Shown here in pieces: positions 10,481 through 26,632 of a stretch of 26,632 nucleotides of DNA. Origin of the DNA: Macrostomum lignano (lineage: Eukaryota); contig NIVC01002098.1 of NCBI GenBank assembly GCA_002269645.1, forward strand, positions 1 to 26,632. The letters are read 5' to 3'. The notes under the pieces are model-generated. The model searched no databases, was not told the DNA's origin, and worked only from the letters and a program-made list of their open reading frames with translations. Position 1 is the stretch's first letter, and every line of letters begins with the position of its first letter. Both the position numbers and the translations under genes were made by a program.

Positions 10481-10845
10481 TAGATGGGCCACTCAGGCAT
10501 ATATACTTAGTAAAACAGCTTTCTACTTTCAGTTCAGTAGCAAAGAAGAATGCATAAGCTATTTTATAAGAATAAAAAGGCAGCTGAAATGACCCTGATA
10601 AGTTTAGAAGCCCAAGCTTGCAGGTGTAAACAGCTTGCTAATTGATTCAGCAATAATGTACATTAGCCAATCCACTGGAATGTACATGGTAGCCTTAGGC
10701 TGGAACTCCGAAAAAGGCAATAAAATTGGGGGGAGTAAGAGCCAATTAATAAGACTTGGCTTTAAAAATACATTAAGATGCTTCTGTTAAAATTACTACT
10801 GAACTGAAAGTAGCTTACACGCAAATGTGCTGAGTGGCCCATCTA
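10481..10845. repeat. Bipartite inverted repeat (16-bp and 18-bp perfect blocks) around a 255-bp spacer; degenerate MITE or 3' UTR stem
   Basis: TAGATGGGCCACTCAG 10481-10496 is the reverse complement of 10830-10845; CTACTTTCAGTTCAGTAG 10523-10540 is the reverse complement of 10796-10813. Confidence 0.85.
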
Positions 10846-10977
10846 AAGTTATTCCATAGTATCTGTGGTACAGTCAGATTAGAGCAACTTGGTAGCTAGC
10901 ATATCGACAATACATGTGATTTTTTCAATTAAATGACTGCAGCTAATGCCCATGCTGCTCAATACTAGACTCAAATC

Positions 10978-20585
<9,608 letters not shown>

Positions 20586-20855
20586 GTCCAAAGCACACTG
20601 AGCTGTGCCGATGTTTGTGAGCAGTAACTATGCCAAGGGAGCTGTTCTTCACTTCGTTTCTGCGTTTTCTCTTGCTTCTATCGGAATTTTTAGCCCCATG
20701 GGAAGAGAATTGGGATGATATATTGAATGGGAGCCCAGCTTGGTCTCCATTGGTGGGAGTCCTGCCCAATCCAGCGCAGAAAGACGCGCACCAGAAGACA
20801 GAATGGCGCAGTTACCATAGCAAAAGCAAATCCAGGCCAATCTCAACCAGCCGAT

Positions 20856-20995
20856 CACATACCGACAGACATAGACACATACCGACAGACATAGACACAT
20901 ACCGACAGACATAGACACATACCGACAGACATAGACACATACCGACAGACATAGACACATACCGACAGACATAGACACATACCGACAGACATATA
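20856..20995. repeat. 20-bp minisatellite CACATACCGACAGACATAGA, 7 copies, 270 bp upstream of the mGluR ATG
   Basis: Six perfect units and one near-perfect unit, starting at 20856 with period 20. Confidence 0.95.
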
Positions 20996-22005
20996 TACAC
21001 GACAAATCATTTTTAGTATAGTATATGGAATACAGCGAATAAAACTGGATGCCCAGATGCATGTGTCCAAAATTTCAGACAGCTATGCAGCTTGTGGGCA
21101 TTCTCTTCTCGGAAGCAGAAACTACATGCAAGCTATAGGTATTGATCCCCACGTCAACTCCGGCTGTCACCGAGCCGGACAAATTTCTTTTTTCTTGGAC
21201 TGAGACTCCAGTTTCAGCTGGCCGAAGCGCGACACCGCACTGCCAATATCGACAAGGTGTCAGAAGATCTCTTCAAGGGCTGCGAACTGCTATCAAACAC
21301 AGGAAAAGTTTAAGCTTCTCCGTTTTTTTTTATATTTGCACAAACAAATTCAACGCTTCCGACATTTCCGGCGCTCAATTTCGACTGGGCACTGTAAAAC
21401 TATTTGGACTCAGCGCCAGGAATAAATATTTTCATCGACTAATAATAATAATCATAATTGATGTAACTCAGCAGCTTCAGTGGTAAAATACTTGCTTTCG
21501 AAAAGCTGAATGTGCAGAAAAATTCGGACCTAAGAATGTCTTTTGGACATAATTTTTAAAGTGCCAACAATCCTCATTTGCAGGAGGGCTGTAGGCTCCC
21601 TCTGACGCAATGACTTTGGCGAAGTCGTCCCAAAACCAGCGCTGTCTGAGGCAATTCTACCCCCTTTTGAGCAACCTACACTACCTTAGGTTACACTAAC
21701 ACTACCTATGCATTGCGGGCTGGTCAAAATAATGTGGTCTTTTAAGGGTCAGACCACTGAGCTGCGCATTTGTGAGGCATCGAAATGGCAAGTGCAACCA
21801 CTATACGGTTGCTTTCTGTTTCATCGTCAGCATGACTGACCTTTGTAACTTTCAACGAAAGTAAAAGTGCTTTTACGCTTTTCCAAGTTCAGGGTGGGAC
21901 AAAATTTTGTCAATGCGATTGCGCCAGTAGTGCACTATGCACTGCTGCTTAGATCAAGGCCGCCACTCATTTTTGCGAAATGAATGAGCCATAAAGAATG
22001 AGTCA

Positions 22006-22191
22006 TGGCCGCAGCTGATGTGTAGACGCAGGGCAGCTCTCGCGTCAATCGATCCCGTGCCGGGCCAGATTAATTTGGGCCTCGTGCACAAATTGGCACC
22101 GGTTTGTCGTGCGATTCACGCCCATGAAGTCCAACACTTGGTGCACAATGTGTCTACTGGTACATGTCTGACAATTAAAAAGCCAGGGCCG
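22006..22191 (+). mobile_element. More degenerate second copy of the same SINE-like element
   Basis: Shares, in the same order, TCGAT(C/T)CC, ATTAATTTGGGC (22069-22080 vs 22303-22314), CTCGTGCA, GTACATG and AGGGCCGC with the 22229-22419 copy. Confidence 0.5.
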
Positions 22192-22228
22192 CTGTGCATC
22201 CAAGGACAACTGAAGCAACGTGGATACA

Positions 22229-22419
22229 GGGGGCCGTAGCCCAGCGGTAGCGCAGCTGCTCTGGTGTGCCAGCGACCCAGGCTCGATTCCAAGTGCAGTC
22301 ACATTAATTTGGGCTGAATTGGAATCTCGGCTCTGCTCGTGCAATTAACGGCCTTGAGAGCCAAGCCCCAAGGCGCAGTGAAGTGTACATGCCTAACGAT
22401 AAAATAAAGTTAGGGCCGC
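22229..22419 (+). mobile_element. tRNA-derived SINE-like element with Pol III A and B boxes
   Basis: A box TAGCCCAGCGG 22237-22247 and B box GGCTCGATTCC 22280-22290 at tRNA-like spacing. Acceptor and T stems do not pair, so it is not a functional tRNA. The body is shared with 22006-22191. Confidence 0.6.
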
Positions 22420-22590
22420 GTTACACTCCTGTGTGAGTGTGTGCGTGCGTACGTATCCGCGCGCTTGTATGCCTGCTCAGGGGAGTCGGCGGAATGGGCA
22501 ATAATGCCTCTCGCCGGTTGTGTGCCTATGTCGCTTAAAGTGCGCCAGGGTGCACACAACCCCCTGCCTCTAATAAAAAAATGTAGATAC

Positions 22591-23285
22591 AGGACGCGAC
22601 ACTCACGTTTCATGGAAAAGTTTTGTAGGCCACTTTTCGCCCAAAAACACACTACGGAGGTAGGAAGTTTTCATTTTTGCAGCACAAAAGTTGTTATTGC
22701 TTTCGATAGGAGGCAGATCCAATGTTCATCTTTTGATGTGTTGTGCCTTTCTCATAGCTCTATTGATATTCATAAAGCTTTTTGTTCGGAAAATTAGGAT
22801 TCTATGTTAATTTTTGATCCTACGTACATTTCCTGTACTTAAAAATCATAAAAATGCATGGCACAGCTCGAATATTTGGTTTTATGAATCTATTTTATCA
22901 TCTCTGTTACAAATATTGTTGCACAGTCAGCTAAGAATGACAAAATAGATTCATAAAACCAATGAGCTGAGCCGTGCCATTTTAATGGCTTTTAGGCACA
23001 GGGCATATGCAATTGTACATGTGATAAAAAATTGACAAAGAATCCTAATTTTCTGAACAAAAAGATTTATGAATATCAATAGAGCTATAAGAAAGGCACA
23101 ACATATCAAAAGATGAACATTGAGTCTGCTTCCAATCGAAAGCAATAACAACTTTTGTGCTGAAAAAATGAAAACCTCCTATCTCCGTAGTGTATTTTTT
23201 GGGCGAAAAGTGGCCTTCAAAACATTTTCCATGGAGATCGAGTGTTGCGTCCTTCTAACTTCGTAGTAGTCCTTAGTAGTCCTTG
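22591..23285. mobile_element. Near-complete palindromic (foldback/MITE-like) element of about 700 bp: arms of about 310 bp and a 37-bp loop
   Basis: 22591-22900 aligns along its length with the reverse complement of 22938-23253 (e.g. GGCCACTTTTCGCCCAAAAA, GCTTTCGAT, GCTCTATTGATATTCATAAA, TTGGTTTTATGAATCTATTTT), roughly 80% identical by eye. The right end carries duplicated GTAGTCCTT termini up to 23285. Confidence 0.85.
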
Positions 23286-24257
23286 ATTCTAATTCCCCCT
23301 CTCTGTCTCTCTTTCTTGCTGCCTGAGATAAGACAGCATTATTCGCTTTAGTAGTCCTTGTGTGCACCCTGTTTGAGGTTGTGAGTGCTCAGTGACCAGA
23401 GGAACAGGCGTAAACACATCGACTCTTGCCTTGACTGATTTGATGTCCATGTATGCGTATCAGTATATCCCAGTCCGGGTTTCAACATACGGAGCCTGAT
23501 TTCCACAACAGGTAAAAGGCTGACGTAGCACTCTAATCAGTACGTGGGAAAGACGGTAATAGAACCTCACCGCCTGTCACCCCAGTGCAGCTCAACTTGC
23601 CATTACAGTAGTTGAGCAAAAATCCGATACAGCCAATAAGTTCCTGTCTCGGCCCCAACCCCCCTCCCATTATTTTTCCTCCTCCAGTTTCTTTGTTCGA
23701 CTTTTGCCTCCGCCAAGATTTGAGTGCCGTGCTCACTGGACCGCGGGAGGCTTGGGCGGAACGGCAAAAGAGATGTCAGAGCCGATTGACGCACTATGCT
23801 ACCTTTAAGTGATTACTATCCGGGCGCATTGGCTAGAGAAAGGGAAATGGGATGTCGGGGAAAGAGGAGCAGTAGAACAAGGAGACGAAGAAGGCGGGAA
23901 GCAGTGACCCTCGTCCACTCTGGATCGTTCAAGCGAAGTACCGCTCCCCATTCCGTCACAAGGAGGCAATCCGAAGTAAAGGATATCTCTTAGACTTCCT
24001 AGGATTCAGCCACGAGAAAGCTTCCGATGGCGGATAGCCGACTGGGAAGACTGGCTGAGCTCATCTTCCGCTAATCAATGACTTGTGAAAACTTTTAGCT
24101 GAGGCTTAATCTACGAGTGTGCGCAGCTCGGAGCACGGTCAGTAAGCCTCGGATTCGTTGATTCTCAATAGCTACGTGTATTTGCTATCTAAGCCCTTAA
24201 TAACTAACACATCAATTTTTTGCTTATTTTCCATTCAATTGCACCATCTGTAGTTGA

Positions 24258-24848
24258 GCCATTCCCAGGTGCGCCATTATCAGATGCGCCATTCCCAGAG
24301 ATGCGCCATTCCCAGATGTGCCATTCCCAGAGATGCGCCATTCCCAGAGATGCCCATTCCCAGATGTGCCATTCCCAGATGTGCCATTCCCAGATGTGCC
24401 ATTCCCAGATGTGCCATTCCCAGATGTGCCATTCCCAGATGTGCCATTCAGATGCGCCATTCCCAGAGATGCGCCATTCCCAGATGTGCCATTCCCAGAT
24501 GATGCGCCATTCCCAGAGTGCCATTCCCAGGTGCGCCATTCCCAGATGTGCCATTCCCAGGTGCGCATTCCCAGAGTGCGCCATTCCCAGAGATGCGCCA
24601 TTCCAGAGATGCGCCATTCCCAGAGATGCGCCATTCCAGAGATGCGCCATTCCCAGAGATGCGCCATTCCCAGATGTGCCATTCCCAGAGATGCGCCATT
24701 CCAGAGATGCGCCATTCCAGAGATGCGCCATTCCCAGAGATGCGCCATTCCCAGAGATGCGCCATTCCCAGATGTGCCATTCCCAGAGATGCGCATTCCA
24801 GAGATGTGCCATTCCCAGAGTGTGCCATTCCCAGATGTGCCATTCCCA
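24258..24848. repeat. Satellite array of mixed 15/17-bp units (GA)GATG(C/T)GCCATTCCCA
   Basis: Direct reading. Confidence 0.95.
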
Positions 24849-25083
24849 TGCGTATGATTATTCGTTTTAGCACTATTTGTCATTAACGAAGCTGTGTGTT
24901 GAATAGTTTGTCTTGCTGTCTATGGCACTGATTCAGGTGCAGTTGTCTCAGCATCAAACCTAGAAGCCAGAAAGCACTGCATAAGTAAAGCTGTATAGAA
25001 TTCCAGACCATCGGAAGTTTATTACAACTCAGAGTCCGGTACCAAGGCACCAATGGGACTCTTCCCGTAACAGAAGCTCAACT

Positions 25084-26632
25084 ATTCCCAGATGTGCCAT
25101 TCCCAGATGTACCATTCCCAGATGTGCCATTCCAGATGCGCCATTCCAGATGCGCCATTCCCAGTTGCGCCATTCCCAGATGCGCCATTCCCAGATGCGC
25201 CATTCCCAGATGTGCCATTCCCAGATGTGCCATTCCCAGATGTGCCATTCCCAGATGTGCCATTCCCAGATGTACCATTCCCAGATGTGCCATTCCCAGA
25301 TGCGCCATTCCCAGATGCGCCATTCCCAGTTGCGCCATTCCCAGATGCGCCATTCCCAGATGCGCCATTCCCAGATGTGCCATTCCCAGATGCGCCATTC
25401 CCAGATGCGCCATTCCAGATGCGCCATTCCCAGATGCGCCATTCCCAGATGCGCCATTCCCAGATGCGCCATTCCCAGATGCGCCATTCCCAGATGTGCC
25501 ATTCCCAGATGCGCCATTCCCAGATGCGCCATTCCCAGATGCGCCATTCCCAGATGCGCCATTCCAGATGCGCCATTCCCAGATGCGCCATTCCCAGATG
25601 CGCCATTCCCAGATGCGCCATTCCCAGATGCGCCATTCCAGTCAGATGTGCCATTCCCAGATGTGCCATTCCCAGATGCGCCATTCCCAGATGTGTCATT
25701 CCCAGAGATGCGCCATTCCCAGAGATGTGCCATTCCCAGATGTGCCATTCCCAGATGTGCCATTCCCAGATGCGCCATTCCCAGATGTGCCATTCCCAGA
25801 TGCGCCATTCCCAGATGTGCCATTCCCAGATGTGCCATTCCCAGATGCGCCATTCCCAGATGCGCCATTCCCAGATGCGCCATTCCAGATGCGCCATTCC
25901 CAGATGCGCCATTCCAGATGTGCCATTCCCAGATGTGCCATTCCCAGATGTGCCATTCCAGATGTACCATTCCCAGATGTACCATTCCCAGATGTCGCCA
26001 TTCCCAGATGCGCCATTCCCAGATGCGCCATTCCCAGATGCGCCATTCCCAGATGCGCCATTCCCAGATGCGCCATTCCCAGATGCGCCATTCCAGATGC
26101 GCCATTCCCAGATGCGCCATTCCCAGATGTGCCATTTCCAGATGCGCCATTCCCAGATGCGCCATTCCCAGATGGCCATTCCCAGATGCGCCATTCCAGA
26201 TGTGCCATTCCCAGTTGCGCCATTTCCAGATGTGCCATTCCAGATGCGCCATTCCAGATGCGCCATTCCCAGATGCGCCATTCCCAGATGCGCATTCCCA
26301 GATGCCATTCCCAGATGCGCCATTCCCAGATGTCCATTCCAGATGCGCCATTCCCAGATGTGCATTCCCAGACGCATGTGCCAGATGCGCCATTACCCAG
26401 ATGCTGCCATTCCCAGATGCGCCATTCCCAGATGCGCCATTCCCAGATGCGCCATTCCCAGATGCGCCATTCCAGAATGTGCCATTCCAGCAATGCGCCA
26501 TTCCCAGATATGCGCCATTCCCAACAGATGCGCCATTCCCAGAATGTGCCATTCCCAGATGCGCCATTCCCAGATGTGCCATTCCCAGATGCGCCATTCC
26601 AGATGCGCACATTCCCAGATGTGCCATTCCCA
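25084..26632. repeat. Satellite array of the 15-bp unit GATG(C/T)GCCATTCCCA, running off the window end
   Basis: Direct reading; many 14-bp units have lost one C of the CCC run. Same family and orientation as 24258-24848. Confidence 0.96.

Noticed and set aside
22229-22301. tRNA gene
   Set aside because: A and B boxes are present but acceptor, anticodon and T stems pair poorly and there is no oligo-T terminator right after it; called SINE-like instead.
24204-26627. Multiple ORFs with GMAHL/WEWRI/GNGAS repeats
   Set aside because: Translations of the 15-bp satellite; they switch motif at every indel and overlap on both strands.

Overview
Eukaryotic (invertebrate metazoan-like) genomic DNA with no prokaryotic features. 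The only supportable protein-coding gene is a 7-exon class C GPCR of the metabotropic glutamate receptor (mGluR) family on the minus strand: join(complement) 20585-20112, 16008-15792, 15518-15231, 14629-14465, 13427-12140, 11995-11605, 11273-10978. All six introns are GT-AG with matching phases. The exons total 3119 nt, one base short of a 1039-aa ORF, because of a single -1 frameshift in TM5 at about 12282. The receptor keeps the alpha-amino/alpha-carboxyl contacts but has Leu at the position of the conserved distal-carboxylate Lys (mGluR1 K409). It has two possible C-termini, one ending in a PDZ ligand (ETAL). The rest of the window is repeats: a palindromic (foldback/MITE-like) family at four or more loci, a 654-bp TIR element with a 9-bp target-site duplication, two tRNA-headed SINE-like copies, a microsatellite-tailed insertion flanked by a 14-bp direct repeat, and several mini/microsatellite arrays. 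At least three arrays are visibly amplified from the terminal sub-repeats of inverted-repeat elements. All long ORFs over the tandem arrays are artefacts. The GC-rich low-complexity exons and repeat density resemble free-living flatworm (Macrostomum-like) assemblies, but that is an unverified impression.
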